Below, in pieces: positions 55,665-64,000 of a stretch of DNA of 64,000 bases (within the stretch, counting starts at the first letter, position 1; every line of letters starts with the position of its first letter). The notes beneath the pieces were generated by a model. The model was given only the letters and a program-made list of their open reading frames with translations, did not search any database and was not told the DNA's origin. Both the position numbers and the translations under genes were made by a program. Origin of the DNA: an uncultured Thermotogaceae bacterium (GTDB lineage: Bacteria; Thermotogota; Thermotogae; MWEM01); contig CAZOJQ010000005.1 of NCBI GenBank assembly GCA_964580185.1, forward strand, positions 9,691 through 73,690, in the 5' to 3' direction.

Positions 55665-56954
55665 TCAGTAGAACTCTCTCAGGATTTGGTCAATCTCTCG
55701 CTTTGCGGCAGAAAGAGCCTGTTGAGGGGTCTTTCGACCATGCCAGGCTTCGATGATTTCCCTCATCAGCACAACTTTGATTTCCTGGCCTTGAGCTACG
55801 TTTGGCTCTGAAATTGTGTTTTCCAGTTCTTGCACAAAGACCGAAGTATATAAGTCGTTCAGTTCATCTGGGAACCCATCAAGATCTGCCAGATGAGTGG
55901 GAATCGATCCAATATTCCTGGCCATCAGTTCACCCATTCTTGTCGTACCCGCTTCGGTCATTTCAGTGGTCATCCATTGGATAAACTTCCATGCTTCCTC
56001 TTTGTGACGGGAATTCCTGTCGACCCCGATGAACCAAGTATAGCCGCAATTTGCGGGCGTTTTGAGGTATGGGAAAGGCGCAACGCCAACAGTCTCTTCA
56101 TATTCATCACCGAATCCGAGTTTCAAACTTGATTCATACCATGACGCCATAATCATCATGGCTACTCGTCCTGTTGGGAAAGCCCAAACGCTCCCTGCTG
56201 TATCGGTGCCACCGCGTTTGAACAACTCGATCTGTTTTTCAAGCGCCAATAGGGCTTCGGGAGAATCCAACAACGAACGGCTGAAATCGTCGGTGAAGAG
56301 TCTGCCTTCCAAACTGTACAGCATAGATAAATAGGGGTGGACGACGGCAGAATCCCATCCTGATAAAAAAGCGAACCCGTACTGATGAATCGTGCCGTCT
56401 TCATTTCTCTTGGTCAGATTAACCGCCATATCGATCAGTTCATCCCACGTTTTCGGAGGATGTTGATACCCTGCCTCCGCAAATAGCTTTTTGTTGTAGA
56501 TCAGCGTATAATTTGAAATTTCCATGGGAACGCCCCAAATTTTGCCCTCAATGGTTGACCCTTGAACAGAAACAGGGATAAAATTCTTCCGAACGGTTTC
56601 GATAAGAGCCGGTGACGGAGCGTCAAGGATGTAGGAATCCACCAACTGGACTGCCCATAAAGAATACAGATTATAGATATCCGAGTATTGGCCTGCCGTA
56701 TGGCCGATCAGAATCCGCTTTAGGTAATCGTCGAAAGGAACCGGTTGAATCTCGATCTCGACAGTGGGGTTTTCTTTCATGTATTGATCTACGTATTGTT
56801 GGACCCCTTTTACCGTCAGGTTTTCATCTTCATCATAGATACCATCAACCTGGAAATCGGACCAGTGAACAGCCCAAACAAGCTTCGTGTTTCCCAGAGA
56901 GATCACAGACAGAATCATAATCAGTACACATGCTACCAAGAAAGCCTTTTTCAT
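55665..56954 (-). CDS. Carbohydrate ABC transporter substrate-binding protein
   Basis: Signal peptide without lipobox, 'LIYNKKLFAEAG...PKTWDEL' and 'F..GRVAM'. Confidence 0.92.
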   Translation of the reverse strand: MKKAFLVACVLIMILSVISLGNTKLVWAVHWSDFQVDGIYDEDENLTVKGVQQYVDQYMKENPTVEIEIQPVPFDDYLKRILIGHTAGQYSDIYNLYSLWAVQLVDSYILDAPSPALIETVRKNFIPVSVQGSTIEGKIWGVPMEISNYTLIYNKKLFAEAGYQHPPKTWDELIDMAVNLTKRNEDGTIHQYGFAFLSGWDSAVVHPYLSMLYSLEGRLFTDDFSRSLLDSPEALLALEKQIELFKRGGTDTAGSVWAFPTGRVAMMIMASWYESSLKLGFGDEYEETVGVAPFPYLKTPANCGYTWFIGVDRNSRHKEEAWKFIQWMTTEMTEAGTTRMGELMARNIGSIPTHLADLDGFPDELNDLYTSVFVQELENTISEPNVAQGQEIKVVLMREIIEAWHGRKTPQQALSAAKREIDQILREFY

Positions 56955-59155
56955 ACCCTTCCCTCCTCATCAAAATGGGGTTTTTCAAGAACATAGACCC
57001 CGGTTTCATTCTTTTCGATCAGTAAATCCAGCTTTACCACGCCGTTTGAGCATTGAATCACTCTTTCTTCCCCTGTCTTTAGGTTTTTCCAGACGAGCTC
57101 GAAATCCGAGAGGGGCAACGGTATTTCCAATCCGATGGTCAATGGCTCAGCGGAATCATTGAATACAAATACAATCCTTCTCTCGCCGGAAATGTTGATT
57201 CGGACTTCATATTGCGCGTTGGAGCCTTTGGGAGCATTAATGAAAGACCGGCAGAAGGGAGCAATTCCCGCTTCTGTTACAGCGGATGAAAGAAACGTTC
57301 GGATTCCTGAATGATCCTCTTCTTCCAGAACACAACCGATTTGCGTTCCGATCATGTATGCAGTACCTTGTCCATGGAGGTTCTTTACAATAACAGGCCG
57401 ACCGTTATACTCAGCAAGGGTTTCCCCATCAGTTACCACGAATGTGGACAGATGTTCATGGGCAGGAATGGTCCCGAATAAACGAGAAGAGATGATCTTC
57501 TGATCCCGGTTATCAACCGTATCGTCTTCATAACAGCCAAAGACTCGATCAAGTCCCATCCCAGGGATTTTTAACGACAATTCCCCTAGATCATTCATCC
57601 AACCCACTCGGAAATCTGCCATCACCGTGCCACCCTGAAAAACAAACTCCTGGATTTTTCTGGCATGTAGGCCGGTTAACACATAAGAACTGGGCATGTA
57701 GAGAAATCGATATCGATCGAGCATCCCACCAGCAATATCATCGAGATGCACAAATTCTACCGGGATTCCCATTTCCATCAAAACGCGGTAAAACCCGAAC
57801 ATATCTTTCCGGATTTGCGTCGCTGCTGAAACCCTTAACCCCGCGAGAGAGCCGTGAGCCTCTATGTTGTACAGAATCGCGACGTCTGCCGGTGCTGGTT
57901 TTGCCTTCATAAAGAGGTCTTCGTTTTCGGAAACGATCCGACCAACATTTCCTGCGCTCCGCACGCGATCGTTTACCGATCCATCGGGTTCACAAAGACC
58001 AAACCCCGAGATCTCATATCCACAACTCATGGGATACCAAGCATAGTAGTGGAGACCGGTCGCGCCTCGAGACACACATCGCCAAGCCCATCGATCAACG
58101 TCTTCAGCGGTTACCGACTCCCCAAATCGCATACCGGTAACCCCATCCCCCGTTTGCAACTCACCGACCCAGAAGGGTTTTGTCGCACTTCTGCACGAAC
58201 TTGCGGTCGCATCCAGAGCAACGCAAATCTGATGGGGTTTCAGAGGCATCCAAGGCCCGGTATGTTTTGGATACAAAGAAGTGCCCCACACATCAACCTG
58301 TCGCGCCAAAAGCCAGTCATCGGAGGCTCCATATCCGATTCCGGGCATACCGTAGACCGACGAGATCGCAGCATGCGAACTGACGACATGATCGGGATCG
58401 GCCTTCTTGACATGATCCACTTTCCATGCAAGGTCTTCGGCGATCTTTTCTGTATTGAAATGAATCCAGTCCACAACGTCTCTGAAAGTGGAGAGAGAAA
58501 TATATCCGGGGGCCTGAACCTCCTCCCAATAGCGGTACGTGCGATACCAATTGCGATTCAAATGATCCAGGTCACCCTGATACCTTTTTTGGAGCCATGC
58601 TCGAAACCGATTCTGCGAATGGCGGCAAAAACAAAACCACGGGTCTTTCATATAATCGATCCAAGACCACTCTACAATATGCGGTTCCGACCAAACATCC
58701 CATCCAAGAAAATGGGGAAAGCGCGACGCAACCTCGGCCAACCGAAAATAGAAATCGCCCACGTGTTCTCGAACCTTTGGATGATCGGTACAATAACCGG
58801 GAGAGGCTTGATTTCGGATCACCAATCCCGAACGATCCATAAACAAAGAATCGGGGTATTCGGATTCGACCCAATTGGGCGCAGAGTCTGAGTAGACCTG
58901 GATCACTGCCTTCAAATCCGCCTGATGAGATAAATCCAAAAGCATTTTGATTCCCGAGAAATCCCACTGATCCGGTCTTTTTTCAGCAGTTAGCCAATCA
59001 TACCAGAGGCGTACAGTATTGAATCCGGATGAACGGATCGATTGAAAGTCTGATCGAATCCGTTTATGGTCTGCTTCTTGGATCTCCCAAAACATGGGTG
59101 CTCTTGCTCGATTGGCGCCATACCATACAGAGACTGGAAAGGTTTTTGGATCCAT
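56951..59155 (-). CDS. GH42-like (clan GH-A) glycoside hydrolase with trimerisation domain
   Basis: 'GFNTVRLW', 'WDVWSEPH' (acid/base position), 'FWVGELQ' (nucleophile position), and 'ADVAILY...YRVL' C-terminal domain. Start set at ATG 59155. Confidence 0.82.
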   Translation of the reverse strand: MDPKTFPVSVWYGANRARAPMFWEIQEADHKRIRSDFQSIRSSGFNTVRLWYDWLTAEKRPDQWDFSGIKMLLDLSHQADLKAVIQVYSDSAPNWVESEYPDSLFMDRSGLVIRNQASPGYCTDHPKVREHVGDFYFRLAEVASRFPHFLGWDVWSEPHIVEWSWIDYMKDPWFCFCRHSQNRFRAWLQKRYQGDLDHLNRNWYRTYRYWEEVQAPGYISLSTFRDVVDWIHFNTEKIAEDLAWKVDHVKKADPDHVVSSHAAISSVYGMPGIGYGASDDWLLARQVDVWGTSLYPKHTGPWMPLKPHQICVALDATASSCRSATKPFWVGELQTGDGVTGMRFGESVTAEDVDRWAWRCVSRGATGLHYYAWYPMSCGYEISGFGLCEPDGSVNDRVRSAGNVGRIVSENEDLFMKAKPAPADVAILYNIEAHGSLAGLRVSAATQIRKDMFGFYRVLMEMGIPVEFVHLDDIAGGMLDRYRFLYMPSSYVLTGLHARKIQEFVFQGGTVMADFRVGWMNDLGELSLKIPGMGLDRVFGCYEDDTVDNRDQKIISSRLFGTIPAHEHLSTFVVTDGETLAEYNGRPVIVKNLHGQGTAYMIGTQIGCVLEEEDHSGIRTFLSSAVTEAGIAPFCRSFINAPKGSNAQYEVRINISGERRIVFVFNDSAEPLTIGLEIPLPLSDFELVWKNLKTGEERVIQCSNGVVKLDLLIEKNETGVYVLEKPHFDEEGRV

Positions 59156-59159
59156 CTCT

Positions 59160-59936
59160 TCACTCCTCCTGGTTTTTGGCCATATGCCGCGCCATTCTCC
59201 GGTTATGGAGATCAAATACGCCCAGATTATAGTCCACTCCAAATCCGGGCACATTGGGTGACACAAAAATTTCTAAATCTTGCCCCATCTCATTAAGGTA
59301 TTCGGCTGTTTGTGCTGTTAAAGACATAGTGACCGTAATAGCTGCTATGCTGGAAGTAGCACCAACTTTCTGCCGTTTCCCCGGTAAGGAGACAACCGCA
59401 TCTTCTGGGGGGACACAGTTGTCAATACACAGATCGGCAATATCCGAAAGCTTTTTCCCGCTGCTATGGGTCGGACGAGCCTCCGATTGGTGCGTCATGG
59501 AGGTGATCGCGATTACGTAAGCTCCCACTTTGTTTCCATAAAGGGCTGCTTCAACAGGCGCGGCATTTAGGCCTCCATGAGAATAAACAACCAAAACATC
59601 TCCCCGAAAAACCGGTTGGTATCTCAGAAACCCGTCTTCCACATACCCCTCTCTCCGTTCGATATTAAGAAGCCCGGGAGCATTTGCGGATCCAGTCGCG
59701 CTAAACCACATTAACCGCGCGTCCATCAGGGGATTCAGTCCAAGAAACCCCCCATACCGTGGAAAAGCGTCCAGAACTGGAATGATGGAGTGACCGCTCC
59801 CGAAAAAATGGCAGAACCCCCCCTGCTGAATGCATGTTGCCATCTTCCGCGCGCCGGTTTCAATCGATTCTCCATTCTGGGACTCAATGGTCTGAATTAA
59901 TCGTTGAACCTCTTGCAAATACCTACGATATGCCAT
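59160..59936 (-). CDS. SIS (sugar isomerase) domain protein
   Basis: 'FFGSGHS', 'SHGGLNAAPVEAA', 'IAITS' and 'ADLCIDN'. Confidence 0.88.
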   Translation of the reverse strand: MAYRRYLQEVQRLIQTIESQNGESIETGARKMATCIQQGGFCHFFGSGHSIIPVLDAFPRYGGFLGLNPLMDARLMWFSATGSANAPGLLNIERREGYVEDGFLRYQPVFRGDVLVVYSHGGLNAAPVEAALYGNKVGAYVIAITSMTHQSEARPTHSSGKKLSDIADLCIDNCVPPEDAVVSLPGKRQKVGATSSIAAITVTMSLTAQTAEYLNEMGQDLEIFVSPNVPGFGVDYNLGVFDLHNRRMARHMAKNQEE

Positions 59937-59947
59937 ATTTCCCTCCT

Positions 59948-60817
59948 TCAAGGTTCTACCATCATCATTTGGATCTTCGCCATGCCCAACAAACATGCAT
60001 CGTCCATCAGTTGGGACACAACGATATTTGGGGCTTCAAGCATGGGTGAAAGTTGGGTTTTCAAAGCCATACGGGTCCTTTCTTCAAAATGGCTCCATTG
60101 TTTGCTTACGCTTCCGGCCAAAACGATCAAAGAGGGATCCAAAAGGTTGGTGAGCGTTCCCAACAGAGTGCCCAAAATCTCCGAGAAATGTTCGATTACC
60201 GATTTTGCGTTTGCATCAGTATTAACACGGTCGCTCTCAAAGAGAGAAGATGCATCGTTCAAATCAATTCCTGTGGCTATCTGATATTGTTGAACGATTC
60301 CTGGACCCGATAGAATCCGTTCCAAAGGAATCCCTTCTTTCGAAACCCGATTCCAGGCGATCGATCCCGCCAGACCGTGTGATCCAGCAATGGGGCGACC
60401 GCCCGATACGACACCTAGACCCAGGCCTGTACCCATGATCAAGTAGAGATAATCCTGCGCCGTTCGCGCCATTCCCATCCAACCCTCTCCGATGGCGCCG
60501 GCTGTTCGGTCGTCTGAAACGACTACGCGCGTCCCCAGCGTCTGCTCCAAGCGCTTTCGATCGGGCAAGGGTTGTCCGTGAAAGGCATTGGGAATCCATA
60601 AACGCTCTTCTTTGGGGATGTAGGCACCAGCAATGGAAATACCCAATGTACGGACCCCTTCTTCCATGGGAAGCCATTCGATCAATTGGTTTTCGAGGGT
60701 TGAAAAGTCTTTTGGTGTCGGAAAAGTCAGTTTATCACGCACCCATCCATCAGATCCGACATACGCTCTGCGGCAAAGCGATCCTCCGATGTCGATGCAC
60801 AGAAAGTCATTCATCAT
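59948..60817 (-). CDS. ROK-family sugar kinase (no HTH, no Zn-Cys motif)
   Basis: 'IDIGGS', 'DDRTAGAIGE' and 'GTGLGLG'. Confidence 0.88.
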   Translation of the reverse strand: MMNDFLCIDIGGSLCRRAYVGSDGWVRDKLTFPTPKDFSTLENQLIEWLPMEEGVRTLGISIAGAYIPKEERLWIPNAFHGQPLPDRKRLEQTLGTRVVVSDDRTAGAIGEGWMGMARTAQDYLYLIMGTGLGLGVVSGGRPIAGSHGLAGSIAWNRVSKEGIPLERILSGPGIVQQYQIATGIDLNDASSLFESDRVNTDANAKSVIEHFSEILGTLLGTLTNLLDPSLIVLAGSVSKQWSHFEERTRMALKTQLSPMLEAPNIVVSQLMDDACLLGMAKIQMMMVEP

Positions 60818-60820
60818 AGT

Positions 60821-61558
60821 TCATGTTTCCAACTGGATCTCGACGCAATAATTGTCCGAGCGCATCCAAGATTTTGTGTACTCCACAACTTGTCCGGTAT
60901 GATCATAGGCGATTCGTTCCACGTAGAACCCCGCGAACGGATACTGCACATCCAAGGTTGCGCAGTCATCTTCATCCAACATTGTAGCGAAGTATTTCTC
61001 TATTGCCCGGACAATTCGGATATGGTACATTTGCTCCAGGAATACATACAGAGATCCGGAAAAGTCATGAGAAAGGAGTTGGGGGACAAGGTATTCAGGA
61101 GAATAGAAGGTTTGGATTCCCAAAGGCTTTTGATCGGCGGTTCTCAATCGTCTCAACCACACGACTTTGCTTTTCGGAGAAATGGAGAAGATTTTTGCAA
61201 ACGCATCGTCGCATTCGATCCATCCTTTATCCAAGACGATAGATCCGGCCTTGACGCCTTTCGCGTGGAGTTCCTGGGTAAAGCTTGTCAACTCTCTTGG
61301 TCCTTGCTTGATTCGCAGGTCCAAAACAAAGGTACCTTTTCCCTGTCTTTTTACAAGAAGACCTTCATTGACCAAGGTTTGGACAGCTTGCCGCACAACA
61401 GCGAGCGAAACCTCGTACTGATGGGCAAGTTCTTGTTGCACAGGAATTTGTGAACCAGGTTCCCAACACCCGGAAAGGATCTTGTCTCGAAAGATCCGTT
61501 GCAGTTGCATATACATGGGCAATGGGGAAGAAAGATCAATCTGAGCTGGTTCGGCCAT
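60821..61558 (-). CDS. GntR/HutC-family transcriptional regulator
   Basis: 'PMYMQL...VSLAVVRQAV..LVNEG..VKRQGKGTFV' followed by a UTRA domain. Confidence 0.93.
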   Translation of the reverse strand: MAEPAQIDLSSPLPMYMQLQRIFRDKILSGCWEPGSQIPVQQELAHQYEVSLAVVRQAVQTLVNEGLLVKRQGKGTFVLDLRIKQGPRELTSFTQELHAKGVKAGSIVLDKGWIECDDAFAKIFSISPKSKVVWLRRLRTADQKPLGIQTFYSPEYLVPQLLSHDFSGSLYVFLEQMYHIRIVRAIEKYFATMLDEDDCATLDVQYPFAGFYVERIAYDHTGQVVEYTKSWMRSDNYCVEIQLET

Positions 61559-61589
61559 AGGACCTCCTTTACCCAAAAAGATTATAATG

Positions 61590-61618
61590 ATTATACTCTA
61601 TCGTATCATACGAATCAA
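61590..61618 (-). promoter_or_regulatory. sigma70 promoter with a palindromic candidate operator in the spacer
   Basis: TTGATT-17 nt-TATAAT. TCGTATCATACGA (61601-61613) is an inverted repeat with one central base. Confidence 0.65.
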
Positions 61619-61723
61619 TCACCATTAAGCCCCTTGTAGGATACGGGAGAAAAGCCTGAACCAATTACGAGGAAAATGCTCTTAATCGATGAGGATTTCG
61701 AACCCTTCCTATATCATCCGTTT

Positions 61724-63784
61724 TTACTCTTCGGAGGAATCGGATAATGCAGTGTGTTTGATGGGGTTTTTGAAAAAAATGAATAGAGAGACCACAAGAA
61801 CGGTATTCATGAGGGAAATGGCTGCAAAAAGATTCCACCTTGGGCTACCCGAAGCAATGCTCCCCACCAAAGAGCTGATTTTGATGCTCAAAGGAAAATC
61901 AATGTCGTTTGGAATAAAGATCAACGGAGCGAGAAATCCATTCCAAGCGCTCAAGAATGCAACCATAGCCGAAGGAATCAGGGTGGGAATGGAAAGCGGA
62001 AAAAGAATCCTTCGAAAGAAAAGAAACCGAGGAACCCCTTCCATACGCGCTAGATCTTCCAGGCTTTTCGGGAACCGATCAAAAAAAGCGTTCATCGAAA
62101 ATAGGGAAAAAGGAATGCTGCTCGAGACATAGATCAATACCAACGGAAGATAACTGTGAATGGCAGTCAATCCGCGAAACATCACAAACAAAGGGATAAG
62201 AGTATGCATACCACCAAAAAAACCGATTACCGTAAACACCGATAAAAGGCTGTTGGAAACAACCTTGCGCATTGTTTTGAGCGCATAGGCAGCAGGAAAA
62301 CACAGAATGGGTGTGATTAGCATGACGGGTAAAGATAAACGCAGGGAGTTACCGAGATAATGAAATATCTTCTCTTTTTCCACCGCATCGATAAATGGAC
62401 GAACGGTCCAACCCAGGGGTGGTCCTTCTGAAAGAAAGACCGTAGTGCTCATGGGAGAAAACGCCATCCGAACCAAAACAAACAGACTCATGAAAGACAA
62501 AAGAAGGATCAAACACATTCCGGAGCTCATTACCACGGGAAAAGCCCGAAAACGAAAGATGAATGCCTCTCTCCGGATTTTCCTGCGTCGATTGACCAGA
62601 AGAACCCAAACGAAAAGCGCGAAGATTGTTGGGGCGTACAGCCCTCTCAGCCAGCCGGCTTGGGTAAGGGAAAATGCCATCAGAAGAAAGTCTAGCGCCA
62701 CCGCAAAACCCATCCCTTGTTGCGCAAACCATTGCAGCGAAAATGCCTTGCATCGCTCCACTTTGGTTCCTTGACTTCGATTCCTTCTTTGCTCCAAGAA
62801 CCATCCGATTGAGGCCAGAAGATAGGCAAGAAAACGGACGACCCAAAAGGGTCCCTGGAATACGAGGTGAAGAAACAGGATCATCACAGGACCCGATTTT
62901 TTTACCCGATTGCTTTTGGCAGACAACCACAAAAACAAAAAACCAAGGACAACCATCGCCATCATGAACGAGTAGGCCGAAGCCAACCCATAGTTTTCCC
63001 GATTCTGAAACTGCTCATAGACAAAGACTTCGAGGGTTGATGTTGCCCCTACTATGTTCCGTTGGGTGATCCCGCTGACTAAAGGCGGGCCACCCGCAGT
63101 CAGAAGATAGATCACCGTAAACTCCTTGAAAAAACGGATGAAATTCAAGATGATCATGATGGTTATGGATGGCTGAATGGATGGCCAAAAGAGATGTCGA
63201 GCCATTATCCACCGGCTTGCGCCATCCATTCGGAACGATTCGAGCAGGTTTTTTGGGTTTTTCTGAATGCTTCCCAACAAGACAAAGGTGGTTAATGGAT
63301 GGGATTACCAAACCACGATCAACCCGCTGACCAGAAAGGCGGCTAGAGGTTGCGTCATCAGGTTGAGAGTAAGACCGGTCCATTGGCTCAAAAGCGAAAC
63401 TCCCGCCGGACCATGCAAGATTGCTCTCCAGATCGGAACAAGGATAAACGGCGGAACAGCCCATGGAATTAGAAGCGCCAGGTAGATCCAGCGGGAAAGC
63501 CTCTCAGAAAAAGCCATAGCGCAGGCTGTGAGAAAAGCCCCCAAAATGCTGAGGGTGGTGGTCACAAATGAAAAGAGGATGGAAAGGTTTAGGCTGAGCA
63601 CAAAACCTCCGTCCGAGAGGATCGTTTGAAAATTCTCCAACCCGGTAAAGAATCGAACGCCATAGGCGTCATAGAAGAAGGAATCACGCAACGCGCGAAA
63701 CGACGGAATCGCGCCGATCCAAAAGACAATCATCAGGACCGGCGCAAGGAAAAGGCCAACCGAAAGCCCGTTTTTTTTAGTCAA
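61724..63784 (-). pseudogene. Fused MalF-MalG-type carbohydrate ABC permease interrupted by an in-frame TAA (63305-63307)
   Basis: ORFs 63305-63991 and 61724-63280 share a frame and read through as VVW*SHPLTTFVLLGSIQ. Two EAA loops (LLESFRMDGA and LEDLARMEGV). The probable start TTG 63784 overlaps the upstream stop. Confidence 0.8.
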
Positions 63785-63998
63785 GAAGAAGCTCGATCTG
63801 TTTGACCATCTTGATCGCGCCGTGTCCATCCATATCGACTCCCTCACCGATCTTGACCGTTCGAAGAGGGCCTGGGTTTTCCGGAATGCGAACCCCGTCC
63901 ATTTCATAAGCCAGGATCCAGGTGCCTTCACTCTCATCCAAGAGATCCGAGGCATCGTAATGGATCTCGTACCAATCCAGCGCGGTGACACGAACGGT
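63777..63998 (-). CDS. C-terminal part of a molybdopterin-oxidoreductase-like (Oxidored_molyb-type) domain protein, truncated by the window edge and absent from the ORF track
   Basis: My translation is TVRVTALDWYEIHYDASDLLDESEGTWILAYEMDGVRIPENPGPLRTVKIGEGVDMDGHGAIKMVKQIELLLD*. It contains the characteristic 'ILAYEMDG...GPLR...K.V..IE' pattern. Confidence 0.7.
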   Translation of the reverse strand, partial: TVRVTALDWYEIHYDASDLLDESEGTWILAYEMDGVRIPENPGPLRTVKIGEGVDMDGHGAIKMVKQIELLLD

Positions 63999-64000
63999 AT

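Noticed and set aside
1-64000. tRNA, rRNA, tmRNA, CRISPR arrays, transposases
   Set aside because: No cloverleaf, rRNA-like, repeat-spacer or DDE/tyrosine-recombinase signatures were recognised by eye. A tRNAscan/Infernal/ISfinder run would be needed to exclude them formally.

Overview
A densely coding 64-kb bacterial chromosomal segment. The lineage is most likely Thermotogota. This is inferred from the fliR-flhB-flhA-flhF-PilZ-cheC-cheD-fliA gene order, the very long FlgK, an EstD-like esterase and a sugar-binding protein without a lipobox. From left to right: an ABC permease and a secreted esterase; a broken GntR regulator ahead of a peptidoglycan-recycling pair (serine hydrolase, anmK); an ACP + GT2 pair; and an aldehyde:ferredoxin oxidoreductase module translationally coupled to a flagellar export/chemotaxis operon (fliQ to fliA) that runs on into mfd. 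Next come a three-gene amino-acid dehydrogenase (HcnABC/PdhABCD-type architecture), an RluA enzyme and an orphan strong promoter. A ~25-kb minus-strand run follows, in transcription order: gltX, cysS, Crp-like, DUF1015, predicted beta-barrel, acyltransferase, GT2, CDP-3,6-dideoxyhexose genes, GIDE-LemA fusion, a repeat-flanked low-GC hydrolase, a GGDEF/HD-GYP sensor, a 1495-aa FlgK, nfo and rqcH. The window ends with a GntR-ROK-SIS-GH42-like-ABC sugar locus and a fused MalF-MalG permease carrying an in-frame stop. No rRNA, tRNA, CRISPR array, transposase or integrase was recognised. The most notable items are the giant FlgK with internal domain duplications and Ca-binding-like loops, the foreign gene bracketed by 29-bp direct repeats, an ascarylose-type sugar pathway lacking its E3 reductase, and the AOR-fliQ coupling. 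All calls come from motif reading by eye; no database searches were run.
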